A stretch of DNA of 50,942 nt from Nemertoderma westbladi (Eukaryota; Animalia; Xenacoelomorpha), in the NCBI GenBank assembly GCA_032718475.1, contig JAUCBJ010008031.1, forward strand, positions 1 to 50,942, read 5' to 3'. This document shows positions 34,359-47,372 of the stretch, in pieces (the first letter of the stretch is position 1; every line of letters begins with the position of its first letter). Made by a program: the position numbers and the translations under genes. Under the pieces are notes generated by a model. The model was not told the DNA's origin, made no database searches, and saw nothing but the letters and a program-made list of their open reading frames with translations.

Positions 34359-36898
34359 GACGTACCCATAGCGACCATTTAATGATGTAAGTTTTAAGAT
34401 TTAAATTTAATAAAGGGCTTTTCTTGGTATATGTTACTGTAATTCTTTAGTCAACACTCAACAGCTTAAAAATAAATTTTTAAATCCAAAAATAATACTA
34501 TCAATAGGATGTTTTATAGTACCGTTTAAAGGTATATTTTCAAAAAAAAAAAATTCGGTCAAAATTCGCCGGAAGTACGGGGTCATGTCGGGTGCATGCG
34601 TTGGAATGCACGAAATTTCTTGCACATATACTAAGTAATACTACAGGCCATTTGTTCATCGATTAGTTATATTACCAAACATAACTTACCGTTACCACCC
34701 AAATAGTAACTACCAACTTGCATTAATCCTTTTCTATATGTAACGGAAGCTATCAATTATTATCACACCACACCCATGTTATTCCACCTAATAATCCACA
34801 CATTTCTGAGAAGTCTCAGCAGTGAGTTTCATTGCATCCAAACCATAAAACTATTATTCGCTCAACCACCATACAATGCACTCAGTTGTACACAGTTACA
34901 CCAGCTTTGGAAAATAAAACACATTGTATTATGGGCGACACCTGGGCGTTATTTGCCCACAATATTAGACTAAAACACAGTGCACGGTATGGGTGATAAC
35001 AATTAAATTGGGAATGACTGTTTTTATCGCGCTGATAACTAGAACTTTCATGATGTTCCCTAAAAATTAACCAGGTTATTATTGGACATGGACATTAGAT
35101 ATCTTTAGTTATTAAGTATACCCACCCAAAGGCTAATACGGTACAAATATATTAAATGTAACGACTGTGTATTGTTGTAGGAAACAATGGCCTGACCACC
35201 AACACGTGTTTGTAGCAGGATGATTCCGTGTAGCAAGGTGACTGACTCTTAATGTCTTCAACAGCATCCAAGTAATTACCTGAGAACGCACGACTGAATG
35301 CTACACCCTGCGACGCAATAGTAAATAATAAATTAGATAAATATGTTGAATACAAAAAATAGCAATGCAGATAAACCAAAACAGTACACCCCACCCACAT
35401 TCACTTACCGGAATCATGGAGCTACAGCCACATTTGTTCGGCTTTCTGTAAGGCAACTCGCCGATTCAGTTTAATTATCAATAGTCTAAGGCACCAGATC
35501 CTTCATAACAGTAGGCGCACCTCCATTTAATATTTTAGTATTATCCTGATTTTTCCAAGTGCTTAAACAGGTTGCCCTCAATGCAGATTGTTCTTGACTG
35601 TTTTTCACATCAGCTACGCCCATTATATATTAGTTCGGTCTGCTTTAGCTTCGACGGAGAATGTTTCCATCTTCCATTAGTAAATACATATTTCCTTCGT
35701 AAACTTAGGTGAATGTTTCGTATCTTGATGGACCTTGATATTTCGACGTCATACCATTTTGTTGCGCGGGATCCATCGAACTCCATTACATCATTGGGCA
35801 GACCAGTAGTAAATGGAGATGTTAGTGTAGACTGTAGAGGGTCACCTCACCCATATAACGAGTTCAACAACCATTGAAACGAAAACGACGGCCGTATATT
35901 TCGCAATCATGATAAGAGTGAGTTGAGTAAAGATTAGATGTTGCCCCCCCGGTTATATGGGTTCTCTACTTCGCTTCTCTCATGAGAATAGTCACAAAGC
36001 TACTAGTTGAAACAAGCCAGACGACTGGTTTGATACATAATTGCACCTCAATTAATTGTTACATTAAAAACAAATTAAATTAGAAAAATATTACTAACAA
36101 AACACTCGCCGTGTGTGAGACACTAAACCCCATAAATTTAAAAATTCAATAAATTTGTCTCAGAATTAAAAGCACATAGTGTTATCAGTGACATTGTTCC
36201 TGATCGTGAATAAATCTATTCTCACTCAAATATCGTTCTTAGGTACGTGTCTACCTATACGTTAAATGGCTATTTTTCTGTTAATTGCTATAGCATATAT
36301 TTTAAAATATGTATGATATTTATAAATCTTCTGTTTCATCTTCTATTTCAATTCATCTTTTGGTGTCGAAGTTTTATTTATTTTTGAGTATAGTACTCAA
36401 CAGGTATCTCATACGGGTATCCGCATAGGAGTAGGGCAGGGAGGGGCAATTCCCCCCGAAAATACAGGATCAAAGCAGTAGTATTAAAGCGTATTTTTTC
36501 CTACAGTTAGGTATATTTTACTGCGGAGGTGTAGCCATTGTTATAAACCGAATGGGACTGGTAATGTTTAAAAAAAGCATTAGTTCAGTATTATTGTTTA
36601 AAAAAGTCGATTTCAATCTGAAATCTCAACATTGTTTAAATTCCTCGATATACATATTATATGGAACCACACACACATTACATATAATCAAAATTCATAC
36701 CACCCCCCCCCCCCCCCCCCCCCACCACCCCTCCCTCATAATTTAGACTAGATACTTTCGTGTGTAGCCGTGATATTGTTGTTCAGAAATTGAAAAAATT
36801 AGAAAGCGCGTCACCGGGGGTTGAACCAGCGCTATACGTACGTTTCGGTCTATCAGGCCTCTTCAATAGCGCTAATATGTTCAGCCAATCTCCTCTGA

Positions 36899-37078
36899 CA
36901 TTCACCTTTCTTTTTATTCCACTTCTACCGAACAGTCTTTAGTTGCATATCCTATCTCTTATAGCGGACCCAGCGGCCTCAAGTATGTTAGAGTGAAACA
37001 GGAGGGAAGAACAAATAAATGGATATGCAACTAAAGACGGCCTGTTCAGTAGAAGTGGAATAAATAGAAAGGTAAATG
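36899..37078. mobile_element. Small MITE-like inverted repeat (~55-bp arms, ~68-bp spacer)
   Basis: CATTCACCTTTCTTTTTATTCCACTTCTACCGAACAGTCTTTAGTTGCATATCC versus GGATATGCAACTAAAGACGGCCTGTTCAGTAGAAGTGGAATAAATAGAAAGGTAAATG. Confidence 0.7.
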
Positions 37079-37866
37079 AACCATAGGATTAAATTTTTTT
37101 CCCTAGGGGGAAAAAGCCCATTTCTAACAATTTTGCGTATATTCGAGAACAAAAAAAATAACCCTAACAATTTAAGAATAACAACAATTTCACTATCCTG
37201 GTTTATCCTACTCCTTATCCTTAAATTTAATTACTCCTCTGTTAAATTACTGTATACAATTTTGAAATATTATTTTATAATTAATTTGTTGGGATGGGGG
37301 CGGGGGGGGGGGGGATTCAGTCTTTGCCACCCCAGTGAAAATTGTTCCAGTACGCTTACGCATTCGATTTAAATACAGCAATACTAGAAAGGAATATTAT
37401 TCTAATACTAGAAAGTATTATAGCTAGTTTTTCATACTCTGTTCTTTGAAAATGTTCTAGAACATAATAGGCCTATATTAATTTTGCTTATAAATATTGT
37501 TCTAGTACGGCACAAATAAATGTTTTCTAGAACATTTTTAAAATATAGTTTCTGTTAATTATTATTTTAAAATGTTCTACGACATTTTAGCTATTTAATT
37601 AATAAAGAACTACAGACTAGAACTACATACGTTCGACTAGAACGTTCGAGAAGTCTTTTATTTTCTTCATTATGTTCTTTAAGTAATTTTTTTTAAACAA
37701 GCTAATAATAAAACACTGGCTACATCATAAAAACCACGAGATACAAATATAATCAATTTTTTGTAATGACTTACGAATTAAAAAGCAATCAATTAAAAAT
37801 ACCATGTTCTAGGACAACAGTATTAGTCCTAGAACGGTATTTCTAAACAATATGAATAGATAGTAT

Positions 37867-38880
37867 TAGAGTTGAAACAGAGACCTGTCACTGATCTCTG
37901 ATCTCTGGATTCTCCGGGTAATTTTTTGGTCTCTGGATAGGTCTCTGGTTCCCGGGTATTGAAAACTGACATTTTACCCAGAGATCAGTGATTTTACAAA
38001 TTAGAAATAGTTATTTAAAAATAGATCCTGTACAACACAAAATGTGAAATGAAGATTATTTTTCACAAATTTTTTACAATTAATAATTTCTTTAATTTTT
38101 AACTATTTTTAATACTCTGCTTCAACAATTATATATTCACTTTTACACTGGACTCAAACTAAATGTACTGATAATAATTCTATTTACATTAATTAATTTA
38201 AGGTGCGTTTAATTTTAAGTTAAATTAGCACCTAAAGAGTGTTCTTATTTAAGGATAAAGGTGCTTAATTTGAGCACTCATAATGTTTAAAAGTGAAAGA
38301 AATGGCTGATCTCCATTCAACTTGTTGTAGGATAGATAATATGACGACCAAATGAAGAGAACGAGCGTAACGAGGCTTGCATATGGGGCGAGTAGAGTAC
38401 CATACCTGTGCACTGTATTCGTAATTTACTAAGTTTATTTTATAGTACATTGAATGAAATGTTTATGATTTGAACAATTGTAAAATAAGTGCCTTTAATT
38501 AACAAAGTACCAGTACCTATGGCGCAAAACAAATTTATGTAACATATTATTAATTAAACATAACAAAATAAGAACGAATTAATAAACAAATAACCAAATT
38601 AATATTAATTAAGCCCCCCAAACTGTACGTGCGTTTATTTTCTTCCAATGGGTATATAAGGGTTGACATGGGTTGGAGTTACTGTAATTCAACCATATAA
38701 AAAATAGTTATCAGTCCATATGTACCTGTTTGTGCTATAGAGGACTAATCAAATTGTAAGCACAAAAATAAGCACAGTCTCTGATCTCCGGCTCTGGTCT
38801 CCGGTATTTTTCAAAATAATTCTCCGGGTAGGTCTCTGGTTTACCGGGATTAAGAAAAACAGGTCTCTGTTGCAACTCTA
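37867..38880. mobile_element. Non-autonomous hAT-type DNA transposon (1014 bp)
   Basis: 21-bp TIRs TAGAGTTGAAACAGAGACCTG / CAGGTCTCTGTTGCAACTCTA (20/21). A perfect 8-bp TSD GATAGTAT lies at 37859-37866 and 38881-38888. Subterminal TCTCTG/TCTCCGG repeats occur at both ends. Confidence 0.92.
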
Positions 38881-39186
38881 GATAGTATGTATATTTTCTA
38901 GAATATTTTCAAAAAACAAAGTAAGAAGAATTCATGGGATACTAAGATAATTCAATGTTTACATTATTTTCAGTATATAATCGATATATAACATAGCAAC
39001 ATATGTATACATACACCATGTCCTGGAATATAGTGCAGTCATTCAGGTATATACCCCCTCCCCCCCCCCCCCCCCCCCAAAAAAAAAATGTTAACAAATA
39101 TTAAAGAGATTGCATGACATTTGAAACAGAGATAGTTTCACCTCCCTCCTTGCTGGGTGAGCCAGAATTTTTAATTTCACTTTCAT

Positions 39187-39784
39187 TCTTTAGCAACTAC
39201 AAGCGTTTGAAAAAGGGGTCCCCGGCGATATTACATCAGTCACACCGCAGTTATTCTTCATCCGTATAGTGATTTGTTGGGAATGCTAGAAAGCTGGCTA
39301 TGGAAAGATTCGTAATATGTAACACAATCTGAATTTCGTCTTAAAAGAGCTGAGATATGAGCGTTCAAAACTTGCATGGATTTTCATGAGCGGAGCGAGG
39401 CTATTTTATTCAATAAAATACAACATATTCTGGAACATATTATTTATCCCATACGAAGCTGGGCAACAATACAATACCTATTTAATCATACTATTACATA
39501 GGGCCTAGCTATTCCTACATAAACAAAATGTTCCAGAATATGGTGTATTTATTAAGTAGAATAAAATAGCCTTGGGCAGATGCAAAACCATGTAACATTT
39601 GAACGCTCATAGCTCAGCTATTTTTCAACGAATTTCAGATTGTGTTACATACTAGGAATCCTTGCAGGGCCAGCTTTCTAACAGTACCAACAAATCACTA
39701 TAAGATTAACTATTGTAGAATAACTGCGGTGTAACTGGTGCAATATCGCCCAAGACACCTTTTTCCAACGCTTGTAGCTAAAGA
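39187..39784. mobile_element. Foldback/MITE with ~260-bp imperfect inverted arms; may extend to 39018-39799
   Basis: Matching arm blocks: CTACAAGCGTT/AACGCTTGTAG, ACACCGCAGTTATTCT/AGAATAACTGCGGTGT, ATGTAACACAATCTGAA/TTCAGATTGTGTTACAT and ATATTCTGGAACAT/ATGTTCCAGAATAT. An outer 12-bp IR is ATGTCCTGGAAT/ATTCCAGGACAT. Confidence 0.85.
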
Positions 39785-41394
39785 TTGATTCCAGGACATA
39801 GGCCTAGTGCCCTAGTGTATATATTTTATATATAAAAATAGAATACAGACGTCCAATTCATATGATTTTATATATAGACGGGCGATATATAATTATTTGC
39901 ACGGGAGCTTCGGAAATGGTTTTGAACCACAGAAAAATGCTACGAGATTTTTCAAGTTACAGCTTTAGGTCTAGCTAGATGTTTGTCGTAGTAACAATAA
40001 TTTCGAACCCGAGATTAAAATGAGTACCAATCAGTACTGGTTTTGAAATTAAGATAAAAAAAGTAGAATAACAATAAAAAGATATTGTTGAGTGAGAACA
40101 TATATTTAATATATACCGGTACCTAGGATATATATACTGTAGGCCTAAGTATTGTATTGTCAAAAAATTCCTATTTTTCCCGGCAACAAAAAATAATTAA
40201 TAATAAATACAAGTACGGTACTTTTATTAATATTACATATTATATTATATTATAGATTAAGTATAACTATTAATTTACTAACCTGTCAAAATACATAGGG
40301 CCTAGATAAGCAGAAAATAATTCCGGAAATAGGCACTTATTTTAGCATTTTGTGGTGACAAATAATAAAATGAAAGTAAAATGATCCCAAGGTAACAAAA
40401 GGTGGCGGTGAAGTGAAGAGCTATGAGATTCTCATGACAGTGGAATAGTACGCTGGAAGGCTAAAAGAAAGCCTAACTAGAATGTAATTAATAAATTAAT
40501 TGTGTGTGTAATTGGAAATCCACACGACTAGCTAATTAATTTTACTTACGATTGAAAGGTTGCAAGAACGGTTTACTCTAATCAGGTAATTTAGCGATTA
40601 GCAATGACTGATGTAGATTGTAGAATCAGAAGTTATTACTATATTTTTACGTGGTTTCCCTTCCTCATCACTTTTATTTGAAAACCAAAACGTATAACAA
40701 CAGCAAAGAATAATTAGGCATATATTGGTAAATATCAGCGCGATGTCAATCGAAAACGGGAACCGATAGGCCTAGTATATTGATGTAATACTCGTCGACT
40801 GTGAAACACGGCGAAACTAATTCAGTTAAGGTTAAATGCAGTAATATAATTCAATAATCCACCAATCCGCCAAAAGATCACATAAATATAGGTACACCAG
40901 TGTATATATTTATATATATTTATTCCATTAACAGAACAATTAACGAAGAGCTGAAGAGTAGGAGGCACAATATCGTCTCAGCTTCGATATATCAAAAAGT
41001 GAATAGCGTCATTCTCACATGCAGACATTTCCCAGCCATCACCCCGTTCTCAGCGCGAACCAACGGCGCCGATCCACGGGTCAGGTGCTGATGAAAGAAA
41101 TACGTGGCGGTTGAGGGGAGCTAGAATTGGGAATTTACAACGATTTGTGAGGCCGAAGCGTATATAAGATGAATTATAAGACGTAACCGGTACAATATAA
41201 GATCATATATGATCATATAACAGTATAAGATCATATTGTACGCCCTATGAGTACGATCGGTAATAAAGTAGGCCTACCTCTAAGTCTCTTTCTACTCTAC
41301 TATACCGGTACTAGGAGGTGTAGGCCAAAAAATATTGATTTCCCCAGATATCATTAGGGACAGGCTAAAATCAAAATCAGTACGCCTATATAAG

Positions 41395-41870
41395 GGAAAA
41401 TACCTCGAATCGGGGTATAGAAGCAAACCCCGATTCTGGGTTACACATTTACTTTACTACATAGTAGACATTTTTCAGTTTTTAGTAGTACCGGTACATT
41501 TTTTATCTTTCATTTCCGCATGTGAAGATTTTAATTCCGCAATTTCGTATTAACATTATTCAAATACACATTGGTGTGTTCTACAAAAAAGAAAACTTTG
41601 GAGTAATAATGAAATCTTCCGGCTTCAATATTGTACCGGAAAATCTAATGTAAATTATACCCCAAATCAGGGTATCCAGGACAAGACCCCCTTCCCTGTA
41701 CCCCGAATCGGGGCTTGTGATATTTTCATACAGCCTGCAGATGCAGAAGTACCGATTCGGGGTCAATATTTTTTAGTACACCGAACCAGGAATTCAATTT
41801 TCTCGAAAATACACCGAATCGGCTCTTTTTTTCCTCTCAGACACCGATTCGGTGTATATTTTCTAGTCGT
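41395..41870. mobile_element. Degenerate non-autonomous DNA element with repeated CCGAATCGG/CCGATTCGG motifs
   Basis: At least seven copies of the motif in both orientations; the ends AAAATACCTCGAATCGGGGT and ACACCGATTCGGTGTATATTTT are roughly inverted. Confidence 0.5.
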
Positions 41871-42213
41871 TTTTTATATTTTTTTAATGGATTTCCATGA
41901 TTGTATATTTTAATTAGGCCTAGAATTAGTATTATATAAACTAACAAATTAATTAAAATATTTAATATATTTGCTATCCAAGCTGCCAAGTACATTTGGT
42001 GATTTCCTATTGTACGGTATTATTGTTTGTTATTCAGTTACGGACGGCAATTATATACATACACATAACTTTCTGACTTTGTCATTGTAATTAATGTACA
42101 TGGTACAGGCCTCCTACGTTATATAGTAATACGGTACTACGTTATATAAAAGCAGAAGCAATATTTCAAATTTTCTGAAACTAAAGACTGACTGACTGAA
42201 AGAATTAGGCCTA

Positions 42214-43056
42214 TATTGTTTAATACAGTGTCACATGGACTATGCGTGCTCTTCTTGGTATGAAGGCTTAACCAAACAGCTTAAATGTAAATTACAAGTA
42301 GCTCAGAATAAAGTAGTACGATTTATTAAAGACTTCAAACCTAGGCACCACCTAACTCCAGATGACTTTTCTGAATCTGGACTACTTAACTTAGATAGTA
42401 GAGCAGTAGAGTTAAGCAGCTACGCCTTAACCATGTGCATAAAGTGTATAATGGTAAATGTCCCAATTACCTAAAACAAAAATTCAACAGAGTACGCGAT
42501 ACACACTCTTACAGTACCAGAGCTAGTGCTTCAAACTTCTACCTCCCGAATTGTAAATCCTTTGAATCTGATACTTTCTTTTTTAACGGCATTAAAAATT
42601 GGAACGCTCTGCCTAATGAAATTAAAAACCTAAATAATCAACATTCTTTTAAATCTGCAGTTAAATCTCACCTCCGTGTGCAATGTAAAAATAGGTACAA
42701 TAGTCCTACAGTAAGTTATTAGTTTATTAATTATTTACTATTTATACTGTAATTACGTTTTATAATAAATTGTTCTGTACATTACATCTTTATCGTTGAG
42801 TCGGACATTGTCACGCTCTCGGTAAAGTTGTACATGTACATAGTGTAATTACGTTTTATATTGGTTTTAGGTTAGCGTAGTGTAATATTGTATTTGTAAC
42901 CAAGTAACATAAAGGACCCCCTTGGAAATAAGCTGCAAAGCTTTAGGGGTAATCCTATATGTTATGTTGGACAATACCTTTATACCGGTACGGTACATTG
43001 TTTGGTGTATTTGTTATTGTTTTTACATAATGTATAAATAAATCTATCTATCTATA
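42214..43056 (+). mobile_element. 5'-truncated L2/Crack-like non-LTR retrotransposon (ORF2 C-terminus plus 3' UTR)
   Basis: LIQCHMDYACSSWY...KLQVAQNKVVRFI...CPNYL...HSYSTR...FFFNGIKNWNALPNEIK...FKSAVKSHL is typical of the post-RT C-terminus of CR1/L2-group LINEs. There is one frameshift near 42400. The 3' UTR has GGACCCCCTTGGAAATAAG and ends AATAAATAAA(TCTA)n. Confidence 0.88.
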
Positions 43057-43485
43057 TACTGATATATACCCATATATCAGTTATATTCTGATATCATGGA
43101 TATTCTAATTTCTAACATTCGTTTCTCACTCCTTTTTTAACCTGGTAAACGGCCCCAAACTGCCAAAGAGCAGTTAGAGTTAACTCGCAGTAAGACAGTA
43201 AGAGTAGCAGGAAATACATACAAATATGTAATAATAATAATATAATACTGTAATATTTTATATTTTAGATACCGGTAGTTTTTTTCTAATTATATACTGA
43301 TATAGGCCTATTCCTTATCGTATTTCGTATTATTTACTTTTAATTGCATTACTGCATTACCGGTACTGGTACAGCATTAGGCAGTTAGGCCTATTACATT
43401 ATCATATGCAATTCCGTTGTTATTGATTTCCTATTTCATTTTATTACCGGTAATTCTGTAATTGCTTTGATCAGATAAATTTACA

Positions 43486-43607
43486 GATTCGGCTGTTCGG
43501 TTAGGCTTCGTTTCGGATCGTTTCTGGCAGTCCGGTTCGGTTTTTCAATTTATCCGAATCGGTTCGGTTTTCGGTTCTGTCCAAAATCAAGGTTCGATAG
43601 AACGCTA
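43486..43607. mobile_element. Single hAT-like terminus with TTCGG subterminal repeats
   Basis: Dense TTCGG copies ending GGTTCGATAGAACGCTA; the partner end was not found. Confidence 0.45.
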
Positions 43608-44207
43608 ATTACACTGCACACTGATTCACTTGCCGGTACCCGGTACCGCTAATTTACTACGGTACGGGTACAGTCAGACAGTACCGGTAGTCCTACTACT
43701 GTGTACTGTACTACCGCACTACCGGTAGGCCTTACTGCTGTACTGCGATACCTGGCAGCCTGGCTACCGGTACAGCACTACCGTCCTCAGACAGTCTGCA
43801 GTCAGACCGCGTACTGGCGTAGGTACAGGAAGACAAGTGCTGAAGCTGTGAAGTGTACAGCGTACATGACACATGAGTTTAGGTGTACAGGCAGACCGGG
43901 ATAAAGTTGGCTTCTTACCGTACTGCTGTACTGTCACTGTCTTATGAGTCAGACAGTAACAGTCTGACAGTACCGCAGTACTGCTGTACTGTCAGACAGG
44001 AGACAGGTACCCTACCTACAGACAGACCTACACCCTTTTACTGTATTCCTGTACTGCTGTACACTGTACTCAGTATTACTGTATTACCGGCGTCAACATG
44101 TCAGCAATTCAGTACTGCTACGCTACAGTACTAACTGTTCTAAACGTGTACCGGTACTAAACTACTTAACTAAAAAAGTTCTAACTGTCTAACCATGTCG
44201 ATACATG

Positions 44208-44704
44208 ACCGATCGTAATCAGGATCGAATGTAACAATTATTACGTATCGAACGTAACCGCAATTATGTTACATTGGATCCTATAACTATGTTACATTCG
44301 ATCTACAAAATACTAAGCGCCGAATGTAACATTGCCATTTAAAGGAGCAGGTTACAGAGGCGTGTTGGGGGAAACAAAACAATATAAACGAAAGTTAACA
44401 CATGTTACAAGATTATGCAGGTTACTTTTATTTTAAGGCTGAAAGGTGCAGGTTACTGAGGCGTGTTTGGGGAACCAAAACAATAAACGAAAGTTAACAC
44501 ATGTTACAAGATTATGCAGGTTACTTAATTGGGTCTTTGTTTTGTACTCACCAAACTGTTTCTTCTTGTAAATAAACGAAGCATTTCATTGGTTAACTCC
44601 TGAAATCAAAAAACAACTGAATAAATAAATGTACAGTACGTATGTTACATTCGAGCTTAGTAATTTGTAGATCGAATGTAACATAGTTATAGGATCCAAT
44701 GTAA
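44208..44704. mobile_element. MITE-like element with ~63-bp inverted repeats and an internal ~80-bp direct repeat
   Basis: 44269-44332 (TTACATTGGATCCTATAACTATGTTACATTCGATCTACAAA...) is inverted at 44642-44704. GCAGGTTAC..GAGGCGTGTT...CAAGATTATGCAGGTTACTT occurs at about 44347 and 44448. Confidence 0.75.
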
Positions 44705-44890
44705 GAAGTGGCTCTGCACACGCAACAACACCACAAAAACAAAAACGCACAGTCGCGGGCGCACAATCAATATAGTACGTTGGGCCGCAGTTATGGAACA
44801 ACTTGCCCGCGGAAATCCAACAATCGCCGACATCCGAGACTTTCAAACATAGAGTGAAAGCGCATTTACTTAAAGGCATTGTTGAACTTG
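44704..44890 (+). mobile_element. Decayed L2-like LINE 3' fragment
   Basis: A plus frame reads YVGPQLWNNLPAEIQQSPTSETFKHRVKAHLL, the WNxLP...FK..K.HL terminal signature, with an in-frame stop just upstream. Confidence 0.7.
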
Positions 44891-46791
44891 AAAGCCATTT
44901 GAGTAATTTTACTTAACTTTTACTTTACAACAACTTACAATAACTTTATTATCTTTCAAATTTTTCATATTGTATCGTAATTTACCGTCTGAAGTGACAA
45001 CAACAAAATCTCCAAACTGCCCATTAATATACAAATGTTTTATTTTTAAAACAACCATAATTCAGGGAGATGGTGTACATTATTTTCGACCACACTTTTA
45101 AAGGCTCATTCCATGAAAAAGGTCAACCTCCCCACTAATTTCTAAAAATGAGATGTAGCTTTGAATTTATACTTATTTTAGGTCAAAATTTATCGTACTT
45201 CATGAATTCAGTGCTAAAAATTGAAAAAAAAACTAAAAAAAAAACATAAATTGTAAAAGCTTTTGCTGAATTGTCCGGTTATTTTTCCTTATTTTTCCCG
45301 TAAAATACTCTGTAGTTGGTTTACCAGGCATAAAAAGGCCGTGTCCTTGCTGTACTGGTGTTTTAGCGGACATAAAAGCTATTTCTTCTGTATTTGTACT
45401 TTAGAGGACATAATCCGTAATTCCGTGACGTAAAAGCTCGATACTCTTGAAAACAGTGTCGCTACCATGACGACGGCTAGCAGCTGATATTGCCACGTCG
45501 ACGTTTCTTTGTTTCTTTGTTCTCTCATTGTTCAGGTTGACCAATCAGAGCGTTTGTTGTCTCTGTGTTGGAGGTATATACAGAAACTCAGTAGTTCAGT
45601 GTTATGTTTTTGCCCAGAGCCTAAGAACCGGCTTTTGGCACCTCCGTGTTTTCAGTTTTTAGTCTTACACTAGTAGGTTTAATTATAAGGACATATATCC
45701 TTTAACCTGGCTTTTAATCGCTGCTAACTGATCATACATACTGACTGCTGAAACATTGCAAACTCATAACAATCAGTGTTTTCATTGTTGTTTTATACTG
45801 CTATTTACTGTCAGTTCTTCATAATATGGTTGATGAATTATTATATTTGGAATAACGATAAATAACCCCGAAACCCAATATTCTTGATATACCGAAGGTA
45901 AGAGAGAAAGGTTACCAATAACGATTGTGACTTATGTTAAAGTGGTTTGAAGTGAATCTAATGTTATTTGATAGACCCTACATGAGTCAGTCTGTGTTCC
46001 TTTTATATGTGACTAAAATCATTGAAGATTGGCAGATTAGTGTGCAGTATTGTGCAGCATTGTGTATGAGTGAGTCTGTTAAAGAAGCAATTCCTAAAGA
46101 ATGCGCCATATATGTGAATTATAATTAAGCCATATCGTTGTGAGTAGTTTAAGTCATAACTCTGTTTATATAGATAAAGCGCCACTTCCTAAAGGAACTG
46201 TTAATATTCCCGAAGGTGAATAATATTGTCAGAGATTATATAATACTGTCAGTCGAATAATACATTAGGCTTACATAGCAATAAAATTAAACCGTCGAAC
46301 CCAATCTCCCGGGAATATCCAGCGGGTGAATGATCGCGCACAGATTGGTTTCGACTAGTGTAGTGAATCAAATACTTGTCATAGACTAAAAACGATTTAA
46401 TATCTAGAAGACATCTTAATTTGGTGGGTTAAACTGCCAAAGGTCTGAAAGCGCGAACATTAAAGGATATAGCTTCTTTATTGCAGTAAGCAATAAAGTT
46501 GAAAGTACCGGTCAACCGGTAAACCTGAAAGGTACATCTGTAGGTCAGTAGGCCCAACTGCCAGAACCGGTACTTCTGTAGGTCCGTAGGCCTAACTGTC
46601 CTAACCGGTACTTCCCGTATAAGTACACTAGTATTATTCGATTTTGATAGTTATATACCGGTAGGCCTTAATAATTAATCAGGGACTGCAGCCCTGGTTT
46701 TTTATTGAGATTTTTACTTATTTCTGTCAAGTTTTATTTGTTTGTAGGCCAGTATTGAACAGAAGGCGTGTAAGCCTGATCAGATTGTACA

Positions 46792-47372
46792 GACAATTTG
46801 TAGGCTGAGCTGTTGTCTGATTGCTGTTAAGTCTGAACGGATTGCAGTGTGTGTAGATCACCTGTCCGATTAAGTACGGTTAGGAAGTAGGGGCAGCGAA
46901 CGCTGTAAGGTAAACCCCCAACTAAAGAATAAGTCGTACTACTGGGTTAGAACGCATACTCCCTAATCATTTCGGAGTCTGCATGTCCTGTAGTTTATTT
47001 AGGCTTGAGAGTAGTCTGCCATCGTTTAGTCTGTACTTTGTTTGTGTAAGTCTGTACGGGTAGCGTATAATTTTATTTAGATAATTTGTAGGCTGGATAG
47101 TTGTCTGGCTGTTATTAGGTCTGAGCGGATTGCAGCGTGTGTAGCTGTGTAGATCACTTGTCCGATAAAGAACGGTTAGGAAGTAGGGGCAGCGAATGCT
47201 GTAAGGTAAACCCCCAATTAAAGAATAAGTCGTACTACTGGGTTAGAACGCATACTACCTAATTATTTCGGAGTCTGCATATACCGTAGTTTGTTTAGGC
47301 TTAATAGTAGTCTGTCAGTGTTCGGTCTGCATTTTGTTTGAGTAGTTTGTACGCGTAGCGTAATATTTATTA
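46792..47372. repeat. Two tandem ~290-bp direct repeats
   Basis: ACGGTTAGGAAGTAGGGGCAGCGAA.GCTGTAAGGTAAACCCCCAA.TAAAGAATAAGTCGTACTACTGGGTTAGAACGCATAC occurs at about 46876 and 47172. Confidence 0.93.

Noticed and set aside
41070-41110. Hammerhead-ribozyme-like words (GTC...CTGATGA..GAAA with CCACG/CGTGG pairing)
   Set aside because: No stem I or stem II can form; probably coincidental.
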